The notes beneath the pieces were generated by a model. It did not search any database. It saw only the letters and a list, made by a program, of their open reading frames with translations, and was not told where the DNA came from. Below are positions 55,974-64,000 of a DNA stretch of 64,000 bases, in pieces; position 1 is the first letter of the stretch, and each line of letters starts with the position of its first letter. The position numbers were made by a program, and so were the translations under genes. Origin of the DNA: a bacterium (GTDB lineage Bacteria; SAR324; XYD2-FULL-50-16; G965216635); NCBI GenBank assembly GCA_965216635.1, contig OZ244188.1, positions 1,728,001 to 1,792,000 of the forward strand, in the 5' to 3' direction.

Positions 55974-57914
55974 ATTAAAATAAGGGGATTTGTAGGAAAA
56001 ACTCAACAAGATCCCAGTCAGAAAAAACAAAAAACTCAAAGGCACAAAGATAACCAGTAAATTAATATAAATTGTCACTGTCGCCGATTCATCTTCGTTA
56101 ACCGAAGCTAAAGAAATATAAAAATCTTCTTTCCAAAAACGAACAATAGCAGCTTCTGTTGTAGCCTCGCTAGAAGTAAGGTAAAAGGCTTTTGCGGGCT
56201 GCATATTTTTGATAAATTCACCATTTTTGAAAAGCTGAAAATTAGCTATGCGAAGTTGTGAATTTTTTTTTGTTTTGATTTCTACTCCAGTATAATGAAT
56301 TTGGTAATTATTGATACTAAATTTTTCTCCTACTTGAAAAGTGCGAGTTTTTTCTTGATTGAAAAAATTTCCTAATACGCCAACAAAAAAAACAATGACT
56401 CCTAAATGGGTTATCATAGCACCCCAGCCACGTCTGTCTCTAAAGATCTCTTTCCAAGCTCTTTTGTTTCGTTGTTGTTTCATTCTTTTACTGCCCGATC
56501 TGTAAATTTTAAACAGCTCTAGCAAAACAGCGTGGGCTGCAAAATAAACAGTTCCAGCTAATAAAACAAACTGGATTTCATTATTCAAAAATAAAGCACA
56601 GACTACCATAAAAACTATAGAAATCCCTGCGGGCAACCAAAGATTTGCTCTAATTCTGGTAATACTTGCTCTATTCCAAGCTAAAAAGGGAGTGAGTCCC
56701 ATAAGAATTAAAAGAACAATAACGAGGGGAAGACTCACTTGGTTAAAGAAAGGAGCTTGGACACTAATTTTTCTACTGGCTAATCCTTCTGCTAATAAAG
56801 GGAAAATAGTGCCGTAAAAAACAGTAAAAGTGATGCCTACTAAAAAAATATTGTTGAGTAGGAAAGCATTTTCCTTACAAAATAGGCTGGTGAGTTTGGT
56901 TTTGTTCTCTAGTAGTGGCAGACGGTAAAAAAGTAAAAAAAAACAAAGTACGAGTGTTAGAGCTATAAATACCAAAAAAGCAGGACCTATATTAGACTGA
57001 GCGAAAGCGTGCACTGAATTAAGCACTCCAGAACGGGTAATAAAAGTGCCTATGATAGTAAGACTAAAGGTGATAATAATCAAAATATAATTCCAAATTT
57101 TTAAAACCTCTCTTTTCTCTTGCACCATAGCAGAGTGCAGAAAAGCCGTTGCTGTGAGCCACGGCAGTAGGGAAGAGTTCTCTACAGGATCCCACGCCCA
57201 ATAACCTCCCCAACCTAGTTCGTAGTACGCCCACTGTCCTCCAAGTATTATGCCTGTAGTCAAAAAAAGCCAAGCAACGAGCGTCCAGCGACGAGCTAGC
57301 TTAATCCAATCGTTGTTGAGTTTTCCAGAAAGTAAAGAAGCCATAGCGAACGCAAAAGGAATGCTTAAACCGATAAATCCAAGATAGAGCATAGGAGGGT
57401 GAACAACCATTGCAACATCTTGCAATACAGGGTTTAATCCTTGACCTTCACTAGGAATAGGAAAATTTCTAGCTAAAGGATTGCTCCAACCTATCAGCAG
57501 AAAAAGCAGAAAAAAAAGAATGAAATTGACAAAAATCATTGCATTTTGTGGAATAATGCTTTCTGTTTTCCAGTTCGTTAAAACCAAAATAAAACCATAC
57601 CCTGAGAGCAACATAGTCCAAAGCAAAAGAGAGCCTTCCATGCCTCCCCACACAGCTGTGATTTTATAAAATAGAGGCAAGTCTGTAGAGGAGTTATTTG
57701 CTGCAAATTGCACCGAAAAATCACTTACCACAAAAGCATAGGTCAAACTGAGGTAGGCAATAAGCACAAAAAAAAACAACAAAATACTAGAATAGAGTGC
57801 AGAGCGAACGAGATTTGCAGAATTTTGATAAATTCCCAGTAATCCTGAAATTTGAGCATAGCCCGCAAGAGCAAAAGCTAAAACCAAACAAAAATAACCA
57901 ATTTCAACAATCAT
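55956..57914 (-). CDS. ccmF: Cytochrome c heme lyase CcmF/NrfE
   Basis: WGGMEGSLLLW, HPPMLYLG, WAYYELGWGGYWAWDPVEN and TRSGVLNSVHAF. Confidence 0.96.
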   Translation of the reverse strand: MIVEIGYFCLVLAFALAGYAQISGLLGIYQNSANLVRSALYSSILLFFFVLIAYLSLTYAFVVSDFSVQFAANNSSTDLPLFYKITAVWGGMEGSLLLWTMLLSGYGFILVLTNWKTESIIPQNAMIFVNFILFFLLFLLIGWSNPLARNFPIPSEGQGLNPVLQDVAMVVHPPMLYLGFIGLSIPFAFAMASLLSGKLNNDWIKLARRWTLVAWLFLTTGIILGGQWAYYELGWGGYWAWDPVENSSLLPWLTATAFLHSAMVQEKREVLKIWNYILIIITFSLTIIGTFITRSGVLNSVHAFAQSNIGPAFLVFIALTLVLCFFLLFYRLPLLENKTKLTSLFCKENAFLLNNIFLVGITFTVFYGTIFPLLAEGLASRKISVQAPFFNQVSLPLVIVLLILMGLTPFLAWNRASITRIRANLWLPAGISIVFMVVCALFLNNEIQFVLLAGTVYFAAHAVLLELFKIYRSGSKRMKQQRNKRAWKEIFRDRRGWGAMITHLGVIVFFVGVLGNFFNQEKTRTFQVGEKFSINNYQIHYTGVEIKTKKNSQLRIANFQLFKNGEFIKNMQPAKAFYLTSSEATTEAAIVRFWKEDFYISLASVNEDESATVTIYINLLVIFVPLSFLFFLTGILLSFSYKSPYFNNLRSV

Positions 57915-57916
57915 AA

Positions 57917-58510
57917 TTAGTGTAAGGGAATAGTTTGGTTTTGTTTGGCTTGTTGGTAATTTTGGGATAGAATTTTATAACTCGCATCTAGCCCGACTAC
58001 CTTTCTTTTCCAATCTGGTTTTTTTTCAGAGGCAGATTTTTCTATCATTTGAGTCAAACTATAACTATCCCAATAATCATTACTTTTACAATACTTTCCA
58101 TCAGGACAATCAAATACCTGTTCTAGTATTTTTAAATCGTGAGGAATCTGAAATTTATCGCGTGAATCCTGATAACTAAAAAGGTAATAAAAGTTATCAA
58201 ACCCACTCCATGTGATGGCGGAAAGACATAACGAGCAAGGTTCATGCGTAGAAAAAAAAATACATTCTTTAGCAGATATTCTCTGTTTTTGGGGGATAGC
58301 CCAATAGTTGTTGAGACAGGATATTTCACCGTGCCAGAGAGGATTTTCTGTTTCTTGGTTTGTCCCAGCTATTACCAAATTCAAGTCCGATTTTTTTAAA
58401 ATAGCAGCTCCAAAAATTTTATTGCCTTGTTCTACACTCGTTTTTGTTAGTGGTAAAATATTTTCTTCTAAGACTTCTAGAAGTTTGGGTATTAGGTGTT
58501 CTTCGTTCAT
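57917..58510 (-). CDS. Nucleoside/nucleobase deaminase (CDA/TadA-like zinc-dependent)
   Basis: HGE...EPCSLC zinc motif and FGAAI. Confidence 0.88.
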   Translation of the reverse strand: MNEEHLIPKLLEVLEENILPLTKTSVEQGNKIFGAAILKKSDLNLVIAGTNQETENPLWHGEISCLNNYWAIPQKQRISAKECIFFSTHEPCSLCLSAITWSGFDNFYYLFSYQDSRDKFQIPHDLKILEQVFDCPDGKYCKSNDYWDSYSLTQMIEKSASEKKPDWKRKVVGLDASYKILSQNYQQAKQNQTIPLH

Positions 58511-58678
58511 TAAAGAGTAATTATTTATAAGGCAGCAGGTTAAGTTCTATTCTCCATCAATCAGAAAGTCCAACCCACAGTAATACACTTAGGAAGCCAA
58601 AAATAGGTATCATAAATAGTATATATTCAATCATAATTTTTTTATTTTATAAAGTTCAAACTACGATAGACCTTTGCA

Positions 58679-59203
58679 TTAGTGTTGTGCCTTAAACTGC
58701 ACTGGTACTGCTGTTTTTCTAACAACCACAGTTCCAGCCAATAGATCGTGCAAACCTTGTTTTTTTCTATCAAAAGCTATCCAAAAAAATCCAATAAAAA
58801 AAATAAGATAAGTTATAAAGTAGACAAAATAGCGTAGGACAAATTGTAGTATGCTTGGTTTTCCCCCAGTCTTTACATTTACAATTTTAGAGCGAATTAT
58901 CATTTTTCCCGGTGTCGCCGAAAAAAAGAACCAAAACAAAATAACCATTAAGAAAGGAATCACCCTAGGTAAAATTTCACCTCTTAAAAAATCCCAGATA
59001 ATAGGGGCTATGCCTTCTAATCCATAAAAACTATATACCAAAAAGACTTCTCCAATATCCAATACAGAGTTTTGGCTAGCCCCATTCAAAAAAGGGAGAT
59101 ATTTTTTTATAAAAGGCGTCAATAGAAACCCAAATAAAAAAATATCTATAAAATTGGCAAAAACTCTGTGCCAAAAACCTACATATTCTAAATTTTCTTT
59201 CAC
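58679..59203 (-). CDS. RDD family membrane protein
   Basis: GFWHRVFANFID, ATPGKM and QGLHDLLAGT. Confidence 0.9.
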   Translation of the reverse strand: MKENLEYVGFWHRVFANFIDIFLFGFLLTPFIKKYLPFLNGASQNSVLDIGEVFLVYSFYGLEGIAPIIWDFLRGEILPRVIPFLMVILFWFFFSATPGKMIIRSKIVNVKTGGKPSILQFVLRYFVYFITYLIFFIGFFWIAFDRKKQGLHDLLAGTVVVRKTAVPVQFKAQH

Positions 59204-59269
59204 CTTAAATATATTTGTAGAAACAAAAAAGTTGCTGGATATGCTTTTTCAGTTTATATTTACTTTGAT

Positions 59270-59461
59270 AGACCTTTGAATTTGCATTATGCTTACCCCC
59301 ACTATTGGGCTAGCCAAATGGTCTGCAAAAGTGCAAAAAAATTTTTAGCTCGCTAGAAATACCGTAGTGCCACAATAATGAGATCAAGGACACTTGCTAA
59401 GCCTGTATTGGCGTAAAAGCAATAAGCTTGTAGGCTAAACAGAATGCAAATTCAAAAGTCT
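59270..59461. mobile_element. Family A MITE-like element with a partial nested insert
   Basis: AGACCTTTGAATTTGCATT ... AATGCAAATTCAAAAGTCT; internal CGTAGTGCCACAATAATG is shared with the 27543 region. Confidence 0.8.
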
Positions 59462-59504
59462 ATTTTAGTTTTAGGTATTTCATCCATATTGTCAATAGGA
59501 AAAA

Positions 59505-60269
59505 CTACAGCCAGCTGCCTATAGCCTGTATAGGCTTTAAGTCGCCTTTCTCATTAACCCACATAGCCACAGCGTATTTTTTTACTTCTTTATAATTTCT
59601 GGATGGCAAATCAAAAGACCAAGAACCAGTCTTAGAATCCATCTTTAAATATTCCAAGACAACAAATTCCTGAGGTAGAGTCTTTCTCGCATTTTCCCCT
59701 GCTTTGACTTGTGTTTTAATCCCAAATCCTAATAATACAAAGTGGAGTTGTAAATTTTTCTGGGTTAAATTTTTCTGGGCTAAATTTTTATGGGCTAAAT
59801 TTTTCTTATCGCCTTTATAGGCGATTATGATTTTATTATTTTGAATAGAGGCTTGTAAAAAATGGTTGTTATTTTTTTGTTTATTTTTAAGGGCGGACAA
59901 GCTACCTCCTCGCCATTCTTTTCCATTAACAACAACACCCGGTGTATAGACAGAACGAACTTTTCTTTCTCTGCGGTAACGTTTTTGTCTCTTTGTAGCT
60001 TGAGTTTTACTGTAAGGGTCTTTCCAACCTAAATAATTCCAATAGTCTACATGAAAGGCTATGGGAATATATTTTTCCCAAAGGTCTTTATTTTCTTTAA
60101 ATTGATTGAGCCATTTTTCCGCAGGCGGACAACTACTACAACCTTGCGAGGTAAATAACTCAATTAAAACAAATTGTTTGCCTTGACTGGTTAAAAGCCT
60201 TTTCTTTTCTTCTGCTTGAACAGTAAAAAATAGGAAAAAAAATCCTAAGAGAAATATTATTTTTTTCAT
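59505..60269 (-). CDS. DUF1223 thioredoxin-like secreted protein
   Basis: Signal peptide, ELFTSQGCSSCPPAE, FHVDYWNYLGWKDP and VYTP. ATG 60269 preferred. Confidence 0.9.
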   Translation of the reverse strand: MKKIIFLLGFFFLFFTVQAEEKKRLLTSQGKQFVLIELFTSQGCSSCPPAEKWLNQFKENKDLWEKYIPIAFHVDYWNYLGWKDPYSKTQATKRQKRYRRERKVRSVYTPGVVVNGKEWRGGSLSALKNKQKNNNHFLQASIQNNKIIIAYKGDKKNLAHKNLAQKNLTQKNLQLHFVLLGFGIKTQVKAGENARKTLPQEFVVLEYLKMDSKTGSWSFDLPSRNYKEVKKYAVAMWVNEKGDLKPIQAIGSWL

Positions 60270-60374
60270 TAGATTGAATGAATTGAAATTTTTAGCTAGT
60301 ATATCCTTATAAAAGAAAAATTGCAAATCTATACCGCAGTCTTTAAAAAGATAGGGTGATTTCTTTAAAAAATA

Positions 60375-61229
60375 ATGTCGCAAAAAATAAAAATAATAAC
60401 TATCATAGGCAGTAACGGAGAAATGGGTGGAATTTTTAAATCTTCATTTCAAAAACAAGGCTTGAAAGTAATAGGAATAGATAAAAAAACACCCTCCACG
60501 AAGTGGGAAAGTTTGCTTTCTAGCTCACAAATGATTATAGTTAGTGTCCCCATAGAAAAAACCCCTGCAGTAATACAAAAAATCTTGCCTTATTTAAAGC
60601 CTCATCAGATTTTATCCGATTTTACATCTGTAAAAAAAGAGCTTTTTCCTCTGTTTCAAAAAACACAAGCCTCTGTGATTTCCGCTCACCCCATGTTTGG
60701 AAAAGTAGAAAAAATTCAGGCACAAAAAATTGTGCTACTTCCAGTTCAAGAAAAGGGCTACCTAAAATCTGTAACCGAGCTTTATAAAAAGCTGGGTTTA
60801 AAAGTTCAAATAATCAAAGATTGGCAAAATCACGATAAGTATATGAGTGCGATTCAAGGCTTGTTGCATTTCAGCCAAATTGCACTTGTGAAGACTCTAC
60901 GAAAAACTAATCTTAATTTTCAAACTCTGTTTTCTATTTGCAGCCCTATCTATAGTATTACTTTTGCGGTAGCTTGCCGTATTTTAATGAGAAACCCAGA
61001 ACTTTATATGCATATATTAATGGACAATCCTAAAAACACCCAACTTTTGGAAACATTTATTGCAGAAACAAAAAACCAATTGGAGACCATAAAAAACAAG
61101 GATAGTAAAGAATTCTTAAAAGAATTCCAAATGTCTAAAAAATTTCTTAGTCCTAATGCAACAAAATTAAAAGAACTTGGAGATTTTCTTGTTTGTATGG
61201 TGCAAGAAAAAGAATCCGCAAACAAATAG
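60375..61229 (+). CDS. tyrA: Prephenate/arogenate dehydrogenase
   Basis: IIGSNGEMG, SVPI, DFTSVK, HPMFG and HDKYMSAIQGLLH. Confidence 0.88.
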   Translation: MSQKIKIITIIGSNGEMGGIFKSSFQKQGLKVIGIDKKTPSTKWESLLSSSQMIIVSVPIEKTPAVIQKILPYLKPHQILSDFTSVKKELFPLFQKTQASVISAHPMFGKVEKIQAQKIVLLPVQEKGYLKSVTELYKKLGLKVQIIKDWQNHDKYMSAIQGLLHFSQIALVKTLRKTNLNFQTLFSICSPIYSITFAVACRILMRNPELYMHILMDNPKNTQLLETFIAETKNQLETIKNKDSKEFLKEFQMSKKFLSPNATKLKELGDFLVCMVQEKESANK

Positions 61230-61242
61230 AAATTTTTGAGAA

Positions 61243-62862
61243 ATGCAACTAGAAACTCTTTTACCCAATCAAGACAAAATAAAAACAGAAAACCTAGATG
61301 CTCAAATCAAAAAATGGGCAAAAGCAATACGCAACGAAGAACCTTTAATTATAGAAGAAAATCAAAAACAGAATTGGCAAGATTTTTGTGAAAAAGTTTG
61401 TCAATTTGCCATAACTTGGGGGGAAGACGCTTCTGGCGAAACTACAGGAAAAAAGCCCTATTTCTATAACCTTTTCCAACTTAAAAAAAATCTATCTATC
61501 GCAGAACACCAACTTTGTTCTGTTTTAAAAAAGCTTAATTATAATTGGGATTGGTGTGATTTGAAAATAAAACAGGCAGGGGTTCGTGAAGACTACAGCG
61601 AAGAAGTTATTAAACAAGCTGAATCTATTATTTCAAAAAACAACGAGCAATCTTTTTTAGCCGAACAAACTACTGATCAGCAAACCCATTTAGATGCCTA
61701 TAGCATAGATTCTTCTAGAACAAAAGATTTTGATGATGCTATTAGCGTAGAAAAAATCAATAATGTTTATTTTATTAGACTACATATCAGCGATGTAGCT
61801 TCTTTTATCCCCTTTACAGAAAATTCTCCTTTACTTGAGCATCTGCAAACCCATATATCTTCGTTTTATACTCCTGCTAAAACTTATCACCTATTGCCTC
61901 CCATACTAGCAGAATCTTTCTTTTCTTTATTAGAAAATGAAAAAAAATCTGTTTTTACCTTTGAATGGCAATTAGACGAAGACGCTTCCATTCAAAACTA
62001 TAAAATTTATCGCTCCAGTATTTGTGTTAAAAAAAATTTATCTTATAAAACAGCTAGTGAAATGATAACAAGCAACAAAGAATGGAATTTTTTATACCTA
62101 TTTTGTGAAAAATTGCTTCAAAAAAGAAAACAACAGGGAGCTCTGATTTTAAACCATAAAACTGTGAATGTAGCATCACAAAACGAAAAAAAGATCGTTA
62201 TAGAACCTGTAGATCTTGATAGTCCCGCACAAAGAATTGTCAGTGAGTTGGCTATAGCCGCAAATAGCTTGTTTGGAGATTTGGCAGCCCAAAACCTACT
62301 CCAAGTAATTTATCGTTGTCAAAATCCTTACCGAGTTATCTATCCCAATGATCCCTTACAAATTAGAGATGTCCAAATTTCTAAGGCTTATTTTTCATTA
62401 ACAAATAAAAGACACGCTGGATTAGGAGTAAAAAACTACATTCAAGTCACTTCGCCTATTCGTAGATTTAGCGATCTTTTAAACCAACTGGCTCTACTTT
62501 ATTGGTTAGAAAAAAAACAACCTGTGGTAACTCAAAAATTAAACAAAAAATATTTTTCTTTTATAAAAGACAAAATCACTCAAAAAACAGATTGTTTTAA
62601 AAAACTGGAAAAAAATATTTTAAATTACTATAAACTCAAATACCTAGTGCAAAATTTAAATTTACCTTTTAAAATAAAACTCATAAAACAGTTAAAAAAC
62701 AGTTCCTTAATCCATTTCGTAGATTTAGATTTTGCCCTTAGATTAGGAGATGGAAGCCTTCCTCTTCCTTTAGAATCGGGACATCTTTACCAAATAAAAA
62801 TAAAATCTGTAGATTTACCAACCCAGAATCTGCAAATAGAAAGTTTTTGGAAGGCAGACTGA
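61243..62862 (+). CDS. RNB-domain exoribonuclease (RNase II/R family)
   Basis: SIDSSRTKDFDDAIS, HISDV, HAGLG and TSPIRRFSDL. Confidence 0.88.
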   Translation: MQLETLLPNQDKIKTENLDAQIKKWAKAIRNEEPLIIEENQKQNWQDFCEKVCQFAITWGEDASGETTGKKPYFYNLFQLKKNLSIAEHQLCSVLKKLNYNWDWCDLKIKQAGVREDYSEEVIKQAESIISKNNEQSFLAEQTTDQQTHLDAYSIDSSRTKDFDDAISVEKINNVYFIRLHISDVASFIPFTENSPLLEHLQTHISSFYTPAKTYHLLPPILAESFFSLLENEKKSVFTFEWQLDEDASIQNYKIYRSSICVKKNLSYKTASEMITSNKEWNFLYLFCEKLLQKRKQQGALILNHKTVNVASQNEKKIVIEPVDLDSPAQRIVSELAIAANSLFGDLAAQNLLQVIYRCQNPYRVIYPNDPLQIRDVQISKAYFSLTNKRHAGLGVKNYIQVTSPIRRFSDLLNQLALLYWLEKKQPVVTQKLNKKYFSFIKDKITQKTDCFKKLEKNILNYYKLKYLVQNLNLPFKIKLIKQLKNSSLIHFVDLDFALRLGDGSLPLPLESGHLYQIKIKSVDLPTQNLQIESFWKAD

Positions 62863-62870
62863 AAAAATAA

Positions 62871-62985
62871 GAGCCTTTTGAGGCTTTCGCATTTTAGGAA
62901 AGCTTGGCTAGGCAAAAAAAAAATTTAACGCTTGCTTTTACTAAACTAGATAGGCTAAATTTTTATTGGCTAATTCAAAGGTCTC
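62871..62985. mobile_element. Family A element, degenerate
   Basis: GAGCCTTTTGA ... AATTCAAAGGTCTC termini; internal TAGGAAAGC..GGCTAGGCA. Confidence 0.55.
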
Positions 62986-62999
62986 AACAGTCATTAATA

Positions 63000-63629
63000 A
63001 TGAATATTTTTACAATACTTTGGCAAACCATTTTTACTCAACCCTTGTGGTATCTTGTTTTGTGTTTATTTTACCTTTTAGGAACATTTCCCTCAGGCTA
63101 TTTTGTAGCAAAATTTTATGGCAATATAGATATTACTAAAGTAGGAAGTTTTAGCAGTGGTTCTACAAATGTAGCTAGAAATATCAATAGAGGTGCGGGT
63201 TTAATCACTTTTGTTTTAGATATTTCTAAATGCTTTCTTGCTCTATGGTCAGTAGATTTTATTGTAGAGGCTAACCATCTTTTTTGGTTACAAATAGCAG
63301 CTTTTTTGGTATTACTAGGACATAGTAAAAGTGTGTTTTTAAAATTCCGAGGTGGTAAAGGAGTAGCTTGCAGTTTTGCTATTTGGTATTATCTGAGCCT
63401 GCCTACAGGTGTGATTGCTTCTGTTGTTTGGTTTTTATTTTACCGTTGGAAAAAAATAGTAAGTTTAGCAAGTATTATAGTTCACTCGCTTATTCCTATA
63501 CTGGTTTGGGTTTTTAATAAAGAATTTTTTTATTTGTCGCTAGTTCTTTGTCTCTATATTATTTTTTTACACCTTCAGAATATCAAAAGGCTATTACGGA
63601 GGGAGGAGTTTGTATGGACTAAAAAATGA
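63000..63629 (+). CDS. plsY: Glycerol-3-phosphate acyltransferase
   Basis: YLLGTFP, GSFSSGSTNVAR, LGHSKSVFLKFRGGKGVA and HLQNIKRL. ATG 63000 preferred. Confidence 0.92.
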   Translation: MNIFTILWQTIFTQPLWYLVLCLFYLLGTFPSGYFVAKFYGNIDITKVGSFSSGSTNVARNINRGAGLITFVLDISKCFLALWSVDFIVEANHLFWLQIAAFLVLLGHSKSVFLKFRGGKGVACSFAIWYYLSLPTGVIASVVWFLFYRWKKIVSLASIIVHSLIPILVWVFNKEFFYLSLVLCLYIIFLHLQNIKRLLRREEFVWTKK

Positions 63630-64000
63630 GATTTTATTTTTATACAGGTGAGCTCAAACTAAAAACAACGGTTGAGATTCAATCTAATATAGTAAAAAAA
63701 GTAAGAAAAAATAAAAAAATAAAAAAAGGAGATTTACTTTATTTTCAAGACATACAACAAAAACGATACCAATGCTCCGTATTAAAAATAAAATCTAGTT
63801 GTATAGAATTTGAAGTTATTAAAGAAGTGCTTTTTGAAAAATCAGATTTTTGTTTTTCTTTATTTATACCCTATATTAGAAATAAGGAAATAGAATCACT
63901 GCTCTTTAAAGCAACAGAAATAGGAGTAGAAAAATTTTGTTTTTTTGAAAGCAATTATTCGCTACGGTTTCCTGAAGGAAAAACAAGAGAAAATAAGTTT
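63626..64000 (+). CDS. rsmE: 16S rRNA m3U1498 methyltransferase (3'-truncated by window edge)
   Basis: MRFYF...LLFKATEIGVEKF matches the KATELGV motif; ATGA overlap with plsY. Confidence 0.7.
   Translation, partial: MRFYFYTGELKLKTTVEIQSNIVKKVRKNKKIKKGDLLYFQDIQQKRYQCSVLKIKSSCIEFEVIKEVLFEKSDFCFSLFIPYIRNKEIESLLFKATEIGVEKFCFFESNYSLRFPEGKTRENKF

Overview
AT-rich chromosomal window from a diderm bacterium; its taxonomy cannot be fixed from this sequence, and host association is only an inference. Housekeeping genes include gloA, gltB, two ddl copies, folD, lysS, rpsD, coaBC, ilvB, tkt, comF, rmuC, alc, lepB, ccmF, tyrA, plsY and rsmE, plus a stand-alone 5S rRNA. Five kinds of accessory content are interspersed. 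(1) Eight paralogous predicted outer-membrane beta-barrel proteins lie in three tandem arrays, with hypervariable Cys-paired loop insertions and clear mosaic or cassette exchange. (2) A compact, foreign-looking five-gene operon (9427-16592) encodes a DUF1399/GRDP-like His-motif protein with a Cys-containing tail, a TauD-like Fe(II)/2OG dioxygenase, a SAM methyltransferase, a membrane pentapeptide-repeat protein and an atypical extended UvrA-like ATPase. It is the best candidate for an undescribed system. (3) Defence-type modules are three Panacea (DUF4065) antitoxins with 2-TM partners, a MazE plus frameshifted MazF pair, and a type II-like restriction-modification pair. (4) A non-autonomous palindromic MITE-like family occurs throughout; one copy has a filled/empty site pair, several carry nested inserts, and one supplies the ccmF stop codon. 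(5) Short tandem 'stutter' duplications and gene decay are widespread, including an htpX remnant. No transposase, integrase, reverse transcriptase, cas gene or tRNA was recognised. All family assignments come from motif recognition by eye, not from database searches.
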